DNA of 64,000 nt from Barthelona sp. PCE (taxonomy: Eukaryota): the NCBI GenBank assembly GCA_040285745.1, contig JAUFOR010000004.1:682001-746000 (forward strand), written 5' to 3'. Of the stretch, positions 19,550 to 32,300 are shown one piece after another. How positions within the stretch are numbered: position 1 is the first letter of the stretch; every line of letters starts with the position of its first letter. The translations under genes and the position numbers were made by a program. The notes under the pieces were generated by a model that saw nothing but the letters and a program-made list of their open reading frames with translations, made no database searches and was not told where the DNA came from.

Positions 19550-22500
19550 ATGGATTTTGTTTATGAAGAGTTGGGGCCTGTCACACGTCGCAAACGTAAA
19601 AAGATTATCAAGCCTGGGAACGATGTTATCAATGTTTTAGGGGCTTTTTCGTCTCCTAAGCTTATATGGTGTCTCAGGCACCATGAATCTGTACAATTAG
19701 GAGAAATGCACCATGGCTCTGAGGACATAAATAGTTCAATCGTAGTCCCTGAAGATATATCGAGCATTTTATCATATGATGTAAGTATCGCAAGAAGAGT
19801 GTTTAGAGTGTGGTTTGAGTCTCGCGAAACAGTGGTAATTGACTCTGTTATGCTTTCAACGTATTTTGAAGTAGGTATTTTCCTGTTTCCAATTTCAATC
19901 CTTTTGAACATTATTCTCACCACTTTTATCCCAAATGTCAAGGATTTTGGGTCTTCTCTGACGTCTATCGATTCACTGGTATGTTATCTTGACTCAAACC
20001 CGGTTTTTACAGAAACTGTTATTGTGAATGTGATTTTTGAAGCCTTCCGCACATCAACGAATGAGAGTATGGTCGAAAGACACTATCTATTGCTCCGTGC
20101 CCTGGACATTAAACAGAGGAAATGGCTAAAAGTTAGGGAAAAAAAGATTTGTGATGGAATTTTTCAGTCATTCCTCAACGACAGTTTTCTCGCAAAGGCT
20201 ACATCCAAGAATTTGGTTGAGATACTCATATTTCTCGACAAAAACATCCCAGGGACAACACTGTACCTGAAAGACTTTGTCAAGCCGTTCTTCCAATTTT
20301 TTGATCTAACCAGCATCAAGCAAACATCTACTTTCCACACCAACATGTTCTGCCTTCACTGGTTTCTGCTCCTAAACAACCACACACACTCCCATGTTAA
20401 GGACAGAGGGAGTTTCAGGAGTAATCTTGCCGATTCGTTGTTGGAGCATATGACGATGCAGCATAGAATAACATCGAGTTGGATTTGTTCTCATACCGCG
20501 CTTTGCACCGTTGCTGTCCGCCTGGGCCTGCAGCTTGAGGAAATAGAACGCAAGTTAAACAACGATGGTGCTCTGGATAACACTGTTTTTCGATTGGAAT
20601 CGAAGAAGGATGCCCCACCGGAATTCAGTGATGACGAGTGGTTTTCTGAGGAGGACAGTGTTCGTGAGTGTGAAAACATGGTTATAAGAGCGATCAGCTC
20701 CTCGTTTGATGATGAAAGTCTTCGTTCACGTGTTATTGGTGTTTTAAATTATTTTGGTATCCATAATTTTGCTGTATTCATTGTATTTTTCGACGGATTT
20801 GTTGACGAATACGCAAAACTAATTTTTTTGAGTTTCTTTTTCGAAGCAAATGCAGAAGAAAGTATCACAAAACTTCCTAACTTTGTGAAAGTTCTACGCT
20901 TCCTCTTTTCTCTTGTTAACAGAAAAGATTATCTTTACAACAAGTGGATCGGGCGCTGCTTGTGCAGTCTTCACACGTTACAGTTACGGGTAAGCGAGCT
21001 GATCAAAGAAGGTAAGAACAAGGAAATTGTTCTTATCATGCTGTCATCACTGAGTGAACTCGACCGCTACGTTCCTTCAAGCACCGCATCGTTTTTCATT
21101 AACGATGTTATTGGAATTTTTACAACCAATAAGCGGTGGGATCTGAAAAGACTATCAAAGAACAAGCGAATCGATTGGAAAATGATCAGAAACGGTGTAT
21201 TCGCTTTGGATGATGATAATGAGTGGTTCTCATCATATTCAGACGTAGAAACAGTCATATTAGATTCACTAATGCTTGTCAACCCGAGACAACGGCTCAC
21301 TATGCTGGAGGCGATGCCCATAACTTCTGAAGTGTTTAAATCCATTCATGGTCTGCGTGTCGCACTGAATCCAGAATACTCCCCGTTGAGAGAGCTTCTT
21401 GCGGCGCCAGAAAGCGTGAAAACAGAAATATTCTACTGGCTCTTTGTTATCAATTCGCAATCAAAAGCTGAGCTATGTAGTTTCTCACCAGCCGAACTTC
21501 TTGGTTTTGTTGCATTTGTGATTCAACATATTGAAGACATCAACCATCGGTTTCTGTATGTATTTCCTCACGATGAAGAGGCAGAGAAAGAAGAGAAGGA
21601 GGAAAGAGATTACACCCTTGATTCGTTTAAGGACGATGTTCTGCAAGCAGCAATATCTGTCTCGCTTAAACTGCACGTGTGGTGCGGTGTGGATATCAGC
21701 ACATTGTATGATGCACTGGGGCATAGTCCTTTGGTAAGCGTACTTTTCACAGCAATCACAATTGATGAACCGAAATTCATCAACGCAGATTTCCCATTCG
21801 GTGGAGCCACAACCGCAGAAGACATCACAGATGATATGATTATTTCTAACGATTTCAGCGCAAAGCTTAAGGATAGAGACCTTGAGGAGATGCTTGAGGA
21901 CGAGGAATTTAGAGCAGAGTTTGAGGCAATTGGTGAGGAGGATACAGGTGCAGGGTTTACATTTAGTGAGAAACTGAAGCAGCTGGAGGCAAAGGCAGGT
22001 GAAATGTACTGCGAAACTGATGCCCAGCTTTCTGATGCATCAGAGCTCATTCTGCAGCTCTGTAGGCACCCCTCTATGTGGCCTTCACTTTTTACGTTTC
22101 TTGGTGGGGTGGAAACAACTTTCCTCTATGCTTTACTACGATATCTAGTTAGAATCAACGATGCTTTTGCAATAGCGCTCGTGCGTATCATCTGCGCAAC
22201 CATTGACGTCAAGATTCCGGCTGTGTCGCCATCAGCACCCTTCCTGGATAATACGTGTATTTTACTAATGCCAATTAATTCATTCGACCACGTCATAGAC
22301 TTTGGAAACGATGATTTGGTGATCAGTGATAAGCTGTGTACGGCTGTATGCGATCTTTCTGTCGAAACAACAGCGTCATGCAGGATTCTGCACACATTCG
22401 AAACTGCTGAGGAATTACTCGACTGTATCATGGACTGGTACAGAAAGATGCGTGAACCACGTGAAAGGTGTGTGTTGGCTGTGATTGCTGCGTCTCTTCT

Positions 22501-23365
22501 GGCGCACATACCCAGTTCCGTGTTTTCTGTTGTTTTTTATTCGGGAAAGACAGCAATTATTGATGGAGAAGGGCGCTTAAACCTGTTGGATCTGTTGTGT
22601 GAGACTATTCAGAGTTGTGTGAGCAGGAAACACACGGCAGATCACACTGTGGCCCTGATACACTGCATGCTTTACGTTAACGTAGGGCGAACCATTGACT
22701 TCGGTGATGCAGCAGTCGATAACCGTTTCGGGAAGACAGAGCTTACTGTATGTACCATAAACAAGGTTTTACTGTCCCTATTCATGAATTGCACCCAGCA
22801 AAGTGAAGCAGTTGGAGATTTCTTAGTTTCCACTCACCGGCATGTTTTGCACTCCATCGAATCGTACTTTGGTGGATGTACCAACTACGAAAACAGCTAC
22901 TATGATTTGGTGCGAATGATGCAGGCAAGAGGGAACTCATCTATGCAGGATTTTGACATCAGCATTGAAATGGCCCTCATTTGCTTTAATTCACTTAAAG
23001 CGAATCTAGTTCATCTGTTGGAGCCTGCACTCCTGTGCGTGCAGGATGCGTTTGACACATGTGTATTGTTAGAAAGCGCAGAAATGCACGCTTCATCTGT
23101 CGTCCGACTACTGAGTTTTGTGACCAGGATTTTACGTAATTCAAAGACCCGTAGCCTTGAATTCGTGCAATCTTTCGCCAAAAATGTGCTGAGAGAACTT
23201 CTTTTCGTTGATGTATCCCTAGGTATTGATGAGCATCATAAAACAATCATATTCACTTACAATCATATGGTTGAAGTGGTTATGGCTCATGAACTGACTG
23301 ATCTGTATGTCCCTGCTTTCCGCATCATGTGTTATCTCATCTCCCAATTCATGTCGTCCATGTAA
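19550..23365 (+). CDS. Hypothetical large alpha-helical protein with N-terminal basic NLS-like motif
   Basis: 1271-aa ATG ORF; RRKRKK near the N-terminus; helical-solenoid-like composition; no family recognised. Confidence 0.65.
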   Translation: MDFVYEELGPVTRRKRKKIIKPGNDVINVLGAFSSPKLIWCLRHHESVQLGEMHHGSEDINSSIVVPEDISSILSYDVSIARRVFRVWFESRETVVIDSVMLSTYFEVGIFLFPISILLNIILTTFIPNVKDFGSSLTSIDSLVCYLDSNPVFTETVIVNVIFEAFRTSTNESMVERHYLLLRALDIKQRKWLKVREKKICDGIFQSFLNDSFLAKATSKNLVEILIFLDKNIPGTTLYLKDFVKPFFQFFDLTSIKQTSTFHTNMFCLHWFLLLNNHTHSHVKDRGSFRSNLADSLLEHMTMQHRITSSWICSHTALCTVAVRLGLQLEEIERKLNNDGALDNTVFRLESKKDAPPEFSDDEWFSEEDSVRECENMVIRAISSSFDDESLRSRVIGVLNYFGIHNFAVFIVFFDGFVDEYAKLIFLSFFFEANAEESITKLPNFVKVLRFLFSLVNRKDYLYNKWIGRCLCSLHTLQLRVSELIKEGKNKEIVLIMLSSLSELDRYVPSSTASFFINDVIGIFTTNKRWDLKRLSKNKRIDWKMIRNGVFALDDDNEWFSSYSDVETVILDSLMLVNPRQRLTMLEAMPITSEVFKSIHGLRVALNPEYSPLRELLAAPESVKTEIFYWLFVINSQSKAELCSFSPAELLGFVAFVIQHIEDINHRFLYVFPHDEEAEKEEKEERDYTLDSFKDDVLQAAISVSLKLHVWCGVDISTLYDALGHSPLVSVLFTAITIDEPKFINADFPFGGATTAEDITDDMIISNDFSAKLKDRDLEEMLEDEEFRAEFEAIGEEDTGAGFTFSEKLKQLEAKAGEMYCETDAQLSDASELILQLCRHPSMWPSLFTFLGGVETTFLYALLRYLVRINDAFAIALVRIICATIDVKIPAVSPSAPFLDNTCILLMPINSFDHVIDFGNDDLVISDKLCTAVCDLSVETTASCRILHTFETAEELLDCIMDWYRKMREPRERCVLAVIAASLLAHIPSSVFSVVFYSGKTAIIDGEGRLNLLDLLCETIQSCVSRKHTADHTVALIHCMLYVNVGRTIDFGDAAVDNRFGKTELTVCTINKVLLSLFMNCTQQSEAVGDFLVSTHRHVLHSIESYFGGCTNYENSYYDLVRMMQARGNSSMQDFDISIEMALICFNSLKANLVHLLEPALLCVQDAFDTCVLLESAEMHASSVVRLLSFVTRILRNSKTRSLEFVQSFAKNVLRELLFVDVSLGIDEHHKTIIFTYNHMVEVVMAHELTDLYVPAFRIMCYLISQFMSSM

Positions 23366-23384
23366 ATAATTATTGTATTTATTA

Positions 23385-26300
23385 CTATTGTTCATCATCT
23401 ATATAGTCTCTAACGATCAAATCATTGAGAATCTCTTCCTTGCTACAACCCATTTCAGTCTTTATCATTGCGCGGAGACTGAAAGAAGTTGAATCATTGG
23501 AATTAAACAATTGGAAAGAAATTACCATATCACAGAAGTGCAATGCACGTTCAAAATCTTTCATGAGGTAATAAGCAACTGTGATATTGTGGTATATGTG
23601 ACCGTGAACTGAGCGTGGATATTTCTCAATGTTATCTACCAAGAATTCCAAATAAAACAAGCTGTCAGAGTATTGCTTTCTCTGAATGTGGATGGATGAC
23701 AAGGCTAACGACAGAAATACATACAGAATGGTACCTGTCGAGCCCTGCATCTTAGCGTACATCTGTTTCAGTGCTGGAACATACTTACTTGCCGTGACAG
23801 GACGATTCAGCTGTAAATTAAGTATGATCAAAAGGTAGAAACTCAAAAACGAGTCGGTCTCTGAGACAGCACCCTTCTCATCGTAATGACTGACGCACGT
23901 CTGCAGCATCCTATTCGCCATACCAGATAAGCCAAACAAATAAAACTGAAGGGCCATTGCAATATCACTGTTCTGATGAATGTGCGTCTGCATCTTTCGT
24001 GTATCTGTGAACGCGCTACAGTCGTGCCTCGTTGCAATGTCCAAAAGCAGTGGGGATGCACCGAAGCTAGTAGGGACGCTTTCGTCCAAAAAAAACCGAT
24101 TCGTAAGAAGAAGTTTCAAGTCTGGGGAGAAGTAGCTGCTCGTCAATCTGCCTACGCAGAGATGACGCATACTGAGTGCTTGGTGAAGCAGTTTCCTGAG
24201 CAACGGGTCGAACGCACTGATGGTCTTGATCTGTTCAAGGATAGGGTGAAGTGCTGAGACCGTCTTAGGTCGCATGATCAATGGTGATGGCGGCCTGGGA
24301 GGAGAAGGGTTCTTAGTACGGCGACGAAATCCGCCGCTTGTATGGATGGCACGGCGTTCTGGTTTACGTCTTCCTTGCTTTGATTTTGGTGTATTTGACT
24401 TTTGCGATCTCCTCCTGTTCTGTGTTGTTTTTGGACGGAGACGACCTGGTGTTGCTGGGTTACGAGAGCTCTGGTCGAATGCAGGCAACTCACTTTGCTG
24501 ATCACTGATCTTTTCAGATTTGGCGAGGCGCTTCGGCAATCCCAGTGATGTAATGTCGTGCTTGCTCAAGATGTAAGATATCGTCGTGGTGAAGCATTTG
24601 AATGCCGAATCATAGTCACCCATGTAAAACTGAATTACTCCAATGTTGAAAAAACTGTATGGAGAAAATGGTGCAATTCGAGCCATCTTCTTCGCTTCAT
24701 CCAAAGCATACTTCATCTGCAGCCCGGAGTATCGGCTGTCGTCAGAGTACATTGCCTGCTTGAAGTGGCTCTTTGTTAAAATCTCAGCTCTGAAAATATG
24801 AAAACCTGTACAAGGACTATCGGGCACGTTATTGAGTACTGTAACAACCTCCTCATGTGGCACATCCATCTCGATGAGAGATACACAACGCATCAGATGA
24901 GCAAAACCACCGTGCTCCCTGAAGTCCTCCTGACGTCGTTGAATAACTATTTCTTTTGCATAAGTAAGTGAATTTTTAAAGTCTAAATACGCATACTGAT
25001 ACTTTTTGAGACGGAAATAGCACAGTCCACGGTTGAACAGAGCTCCAAATAAACTCTTACATTGGTCATCTGTCAGTTCTGAATTACTTTCTGTGCTGTG
25101 AGGGGTTACAAGAAGCAAAAAGATTGATAGGTCCTTAATTGCACGTTTGAGCACCCTTAAACTATTCTTTTCATTACAGTGAACTGGTAGATTGACGCGG
25201 TTGAAGTGGAAAACGTTCATATCGGTTAATTTGAAATTTATGGCAAGCGAGCTTTCCTCTAACAACAACTCAAATAAGGGAGTGAGGACGGGTTTCTGAA
25301 TGAAGCTAAACCTCTTAAACAGTGTGAGAAATGCGTACCCCCTCCAGAGCCACATTTCTGAATTTATATAACGGAAATTCTTAATATGGTGGAATCGGCG
25401 CAGCAGATACGTTAAATCAAACGTGATCCGGAACGGATTCTTAAAGAACATCTCGAGTCTAATGCGCAGATGACGCGCCTCAACAATGTTCTCGTCGAAG
25501 CTCAGACATTGTTGAAAGTCAAGACGGGCGTTTTCAACCATTCTGGAACTCAAACTAATCAGGCCTCTCAGAAGGTAAAGGCGGCTAAGTAACGTGAAGT
25601 AAGGATTCATCAATGATTGATACATGGACGTATTCTCAACCTGAGACTTCTCACTCGTTACACTCTCTCCTCCCACTGAGCTGACAGGTGCCATAGAGCT
25701 GATCATATCACTGAGAACGTTTGTATTGGTCAAAGATAATAAAGATTTCTTTTTTTTTGACTTTGTGTTGGAAGGTTGAAATACAGGGTTCCCAATATAC
25801 TTCAGAGTCTCAATGACCTTAGATATCTTCTCATTGCCCTTCTTAAGCTTCTTTAGCCTCATGTTGCACAAGAAAACAAAAAACTGGCTCCAGCCCCATG
25901 CCTCAATGTTGAGACGATTGTTTTGAATATATATCACGAAATCGTGCATGTCTAGCTGCTTACGCATGTTGGAAAGGACCTTTTCCAGCTTCTGGACTAT
26001 TGTTTGAAAAATCTGAAGCGCAACAACGTAGTCTTCCTTTACGTAAAGAACACGACCGTACTGAATCATAGAGACTAACGATAGCCCACGGTCGTGAGCC
26101 TGGAGGAAGACATCCATTGCATCACCGTATTTGTGCTGCTGAACCAGAGAGCGACCTTTGCTTAGAAGCAGTTCTTGCGCCGTTGTTGACACACTTTCGC
26201 GGAACTTCCTGTATACGTTTGCAAAATAGAATTTAACCGACTTTTTTGCATTGATCTTTTGAATGCGATCATTCATGGGTACATCTTGCTTAACAAAATC

Positions 26301-29300
26301 GCTGAGATCATTTGAGACAAACCTATGCTCCAGCTCATCGCTCCTTTCCTGAATATGCTTGTCGATGTCGAGGATGTAGTTTGCCAACTTATGCAACTGT
26401 TGATGGTCCTCTGTTAAAAGACACATCTTCGCATAGTGAATTCCAAGCCGGAAAATACCGTACGTGGCAATGATGATGGGCAGGTTGAGAGACACATAGT
26501 GTGGGTCTTGTGGACCGACAATTTGGCTCGCTGTCTGAAACAAGAGGGGAAATGGAACAGAGGAGTCATCATTGAACATGTGCACGTGAAAATATTCTGC
26601 GTTATTAACCACAACTAAATCATCCATACATAGTGCTATCGAAGAGTTACGACGAATTTTGTTTCCTATCGATGAGGGAAGTTCCTCAGTTGAAGAATTT
26701 TTGAGAGATGTCGTTGATTGTGTAGACATTGTGAAGTTCGAACTAAAACTCAATGATGAATGTTGCGAACCTTCTGATACGTGACTGAACATACTCAGCC
26801 GACGATCATCCTTGAAGAAGAATCGCTGCAAGTAGTCCATTGTCAGTTTGTTCATATTACTGTCTCGCATGAGCACTGACTGTTCAAAAAAGCGTTTGTA
26901 TTTTGTAAATATCGAAAAAAGGCTTGATTGAATAGCTGGGATAGCGCTTTTCTTAAGAGAATTTAGAATTGAACGTGTAGAGTCAATGTTACCCAACAAA
27001 ATTTGATGCTTAATATGTTCGTCAACAAACACAAAATTCTTCGGCAGTTCAACTCCTTCAAGATTAATCGTGACTAATGAACATTCGCTATGGCTCAACA
27101 GCCGCAGATAGTTAACGAAATCTAACTTACCTAATTTGAAGACCAACTTGTCAGCTGTAATTGTGGAAGGGTGTGGTGTTCGTTCAAGAGCAAAGAAATA
27201 CTGAAGTCCTGCCTGTGCAAAGTAGTACTTTATCAGCTCCTCATCAGGAAACAGATGGTATGCCTTGAGCATAAGCGAGAACGCTGCAGCACTGTTTTTG
27301 TACTTTAGATATATAGTGTTCAAGAACAGTATGACTTCAATATTCGTAGAATGCTGCCTGTAAGCTTCAAGGGCAACATTGAACCCGATGTGGTAGTCCC
27401 GGAGGAACATATGCAGCTGTGCCTTGCGGAGCATCAGCCAACACTTTATCTTCTTTGCTTGCGAATATCTATGCATGAGCATTTGGTCAGTGAGACTGAA
27501 TAGTTTGTGATACTCGTACTTCGCCTTCAACATCTGCTTAGGATATAACTCCTCTAAAAACTCCTTGAACGGCTCAAGGGTGAAGACGAAACGATCCATG
27601 TATACATTTATGTGCGCCATAGCCTTGTCCAAATATCGAAGGTTCTTAGACAGTGTTATAGTTGACTCCGTGGCCAACCCTTGCATGATAGAACGGATAG
27701 GGGTTACATAGTCCTGAAAATGTGACTTAAATGACTTTAGTGGGTTCAATACGTCGATCAATATACTATGATACTCGGCAATAAACTTCTGTACGCTGCC
27801 TTGCAAGAGGTGCGAGTGTTGTGACAGTACATTCCCATCGAAACACAATACTAGAGCTGAATATGCTGGTAATGTCTCTTGAATAAGTAATGACTTCGAT
27901 AGTATCTTATACGCATCTTTGATTTTATATATCTGCTGTGCCTTGCAATACATGAACCCGCATGTGAGTAACCGCAAATGTCTTATGAGAATCAAAAATA
28001 GCTGTCTTACAGTATCATACTGACGAATACGAATTACAAACTTGCCTTTCGCTTCGTTATCCATTTGATCGATATTAAAACTCCTTGATGAAAAAAATTC
28101 TTTAAGGGAAACAAAATGTAACGCAATTTCTTTCCAATACTTGAGGATTCTCAATCGATAGTGTCGGAAATCTACCATTACCTGGACCAGCTGTTCAACT
28201 TGTAATAAATACAAAAGACCTCGCGTGAATGATGTTCGCCAAGACATCTTTTCCAAATCATCACTCTTCTTGAGGTGCAGCTCTGCTTTCTCACACATTG
28301 AACTAGTTATTGATTTTGAACATTCTTCGGGGAGATACTTCCTCATATACTTCTTCTTTGCTTGTCGATACTCAGCCATAGTTTTAGTTTTGGTGCTTGT
28401 TCCACTAGGACCAGGTCGGGCGTACTGATGTAAAAATGGCACCATACTCTTGACAATACCATAAGTATCGCTGAAGTCAATCTCCTTTAACACATCATTA
28501 ACAGATGTCTGAAACAACTTACTATCAAAAACTGTTGAGACTTCAATTCCAGTGCTGTTGTGCGTCAAATACTTCAGCTCTTGCACAGGTGCAAACATCT
28601 TTGAAGAAGGCTGGACTAAAACTGTCTGCTCCTTCATGAAAAAAGGTGTATTCTTCTCCATCGATTGGTATACCCATGCCAGGTATAGGTGACAAGACGA
28701 TGCCATGCGCTTCGCCTCGGTGTGTGACACCAGTTCAAGCTCAATAAGCACTCGCTTAGTCATAAGAATAGCACGTTGTTTGTCGTCTCTAATTGTTACA
28801 GTACTAGAAATACTTAGATCCTCGCTAGAAAAGAAAAACAATGACAAATACTTGACAGCCAACTCTAAATATCGTGCTGCTGAACTATACGATTGCTGGA
28901 ACACACTTAACTGTCCAAGACCGTTGAGAATACGTCCTGCGAATGAAACGTACCTCGCGATGTTTCGTCTGAAAGACAGAGTTGTCTTGACATTGAGAGC
29001 ACTGCAATGCTTGAAATCTGGATACAAAGATGTTATAGCGTCATAGAACTCTTCAAGAGAATTGATATCGCTATCAACTTGGTTCATTTGTTTGCCAGTG
29101 AAATCCACATCGGTTGCAAATGCTCCCATGTCCATATGATCATCCAGCATCAGTGAATCAAGTATGTTGTTTGGAAATATATTCTTATCAGCATTCATCA
29201 TGTGAGCCAAACGTTCAAGCGCGCTTTTAAACATATTATTAGCCTCCAGGAATCTATCCATCTCGAGGTAAGACTCTCCCAGAAGCATAATACAATAACA

Positions 29301-32300
29301 CTCCAAGATATCATCTTCCATCGTAATATATTCATTGTTGACTAACGTCTCGAGGTCTTCAATTGATATCTTGTATATTCCCGCATTGAAGGCTGTCAGA
29401 GCCCGTGCGAAACGACATGCCTGGTGCTCGGGACACACAAGCAACGCGCCTGTTAGTAATTTGATTCGATCAACACGTGTGATCTTCCCAAACCGAAGTT
29501 CAGTTTTATACAACACCCAGTACGCATCTGCACATGTTTTCTGTAGGCTCTTCAACTCAATGTATGCTCCTAATTTATCCTCCTCTTCTTCATCAAGCAC
29601 TAAATCTTCAACAAAATCACTGTGTGAATACAGCATTATGCTATCACCATCCACTCCAACCGGTGGCTCATAGTCTTGCAGCTGCGAGGACAAATCAAGC
29701 ATTTGATTCTGTGCGAAAAGAATACAGTTCTCAGCTGTGACAATAGCATTTTTCGCAAGACCAGCAATGAACTCAAGGCGAGCCCGCTCCAGGTATGCTT
29801 TGGGGTCCATGGGTTTCTCAGCAATAGCCTGCTCTGTATATATAATTGCTAATTTCACCTTTCCGTTCAGACGCGCTTTCTGAGCTCGTTCAACTTTCTC
29901 TTCATAGTTTAATCCAAGGACATGAACCGGTCTCCTTCCAAATAAACTTGCTGAATTCAAATACTCACGTTGTAGCTCCTCCGATTTGAATCCAATTGTT
30001 GGCTTCTTCTTCAAACCATCCTTCTTATCTGTGTTCATGATCTTAACCAGGTCGCGCTGGACTTGATCCATCTGATTCGATGATACTCCTTGGTTAGATA
30101 GAATATTGGCGATTGCATCATCAATATCCTGACGTTCATCATCACTCTCATTAATTGCATCAAATAAATTCTTCTCACTGACAATATTTGAAGGAGGTGT
30201 TTTGAGAGGGGGATTGGTTGATGAATCAACACTTAGCACGTCAAACTCAAGATTGACGTCAGCAACAATAGGTCCAGGTGTAACCGGCTCAACCCCCAGA
30301 CCCTTACCTACGACAATGTGCGTGTACGAGCCTTCCAAATCGCTTACCTCACTTGCGGAATCCGCGGGTGTTTTTTCACGAGACCCAGGTGCAGAAGATT
30401 CAGAAACAATTATCTCAAGTGGTTCAAATGTCTCTGGCTTGGTGATGTCTTCCTTCTGTATATCAACACTATCGAATGATCCAGATGTAAAGTCAAGAGC
30501 ACGTTGTAGTGCCTCTTGACTGTCAGAACGCTCAACATTATATGTGACACGTAGAGGGGACTGTATCTCTTTGGTTCCATCACTTGAATTACCTGATGCG
30601 ATGTCCATTGGATCGAACGATACATCAACCGATAGATCTTGACTGCCGTTTGGATTCTGTTGAATAGTAAGCGTTGGAGGAATGAAGACGAACACACCAT
30701 CACTTGCGTTGTAAATGATGGGTTGGAAAATCGACTTAAATACATCTTCCTCTTCTTGTGATGAGTCAAAAGATCCATCACTAACATATGAACTCTCAAC
30801 GGCTACGTCATGGTACATATTAACATAAGAAGGTTTCCTATCTGTTGTGCGCATTTTCAACCGCTTACGGTGCTCTAGACGACGATCAAACCATTGGCCA
30901 CTGAGACGTACAAGACGAGACATGTGGTTGACCATACGATTGTCCTCCAATAAACTATCGGACAAGACCATTGTATCAACATCGAGAATATTCATGTATG
31001 AGTGGTCAATGATGAGGGCTTCGGTCGGCAACGCCTCTGCAAACTCGGCAGAATTCAACTCAAACGAATTCATATGCGAGGGTATGATCTCAAATTCAGA
31101 AGAACTGAATGAGGTGCCCGACTTCCAAACAGCAGCGGTTGAGATGATAGATTCTAAACTACTTGCACCACTCATCGATTTCCCAACAAACTCTTCATTG
31201 ATCTGCATCAGATTCAACATACTATGCTCTCTAGAAGGGTCATTTGTCGTCATTTCGCTTGCAGGGTCATCTAACAAAACTGTGGATTGGACACGTGACT
31301 CGCCCTTCTCACCAATAGACATGAGCGCGAGCTGAGGACCGGTTAACTCCATGTCACTAAGAATTTCATCATCAAAGTCAATACTGTCGTCGAAATAACC
31401 TAAAACGCACGGATCCCGCATACAGAAGAAGGATGGTTGAGTGATACCAACATACGTACTTGTCTCATTAATAGCGCGAATGGTCGAAACAAAATCATTA
31501 CGAAAGTACGTTTTTGATAACTCAGAATCGGAGAAACAACTGACACTGTTGCGTAGCTGACTCACTAGATCCCCATCTGCCGCTCCTAACAACTCCCTTG
31601 ACATCGGTAGACCGATCTCACTCTTGTAGAAATACAACAAATCCAACGGGTGCAGTCCAATCTCTTTTACCCATAGTTGATCGCGATGAAGTGAATCTGG
31701 TATGAAACAAAAATCAACAGACGCAAGCGATGAATTCATGGCAATTGAGGAATTACGAGTTCTATGTATCGATTCTTTAGGGGGCGGTGTATCATCCAAA
31801 CTGGAGTTACTGCCAGTGCTTAGTCTTCGTGATGAGAACGAGGATTTGGGAACGTCGAATAACGACTTCCTACGCTGCAATATGTTCTTCCATCTCACTT
31901 CACTACTTCCCATTGAGCTTGATATGTTTGTTGATTGCGCCCTCATGCTATCGAAATAATGTTGTGACCTAGTAGAATGCTTCGAACGTGGGGTCTTGAT
32001 TCTTTTAGCTGCATCAAACCGCTCTTCGTTTAAAATATTCATAGCCATAGACAAGGAACCCTGAAGAATACCATCGTCCAATGAACCGGCCAAAAGGGGG
32101 CCAAGTACCTTCCACTCTGAGTTCTTTGCTGTGTCCAACATTAGATTCTTGAAACCGTCCTCGAAGTTATGGTCACGATCAAAGTAATCCTCCAGTCGAT
32201 CAACAAAGATCTCCTTGATCTCTGTTGGGGCGGTCGCACCGCTTAAAAAATTGGTACGATCGATTTTAAACTGTGCTGTACCGCTAGCATCAATAACATC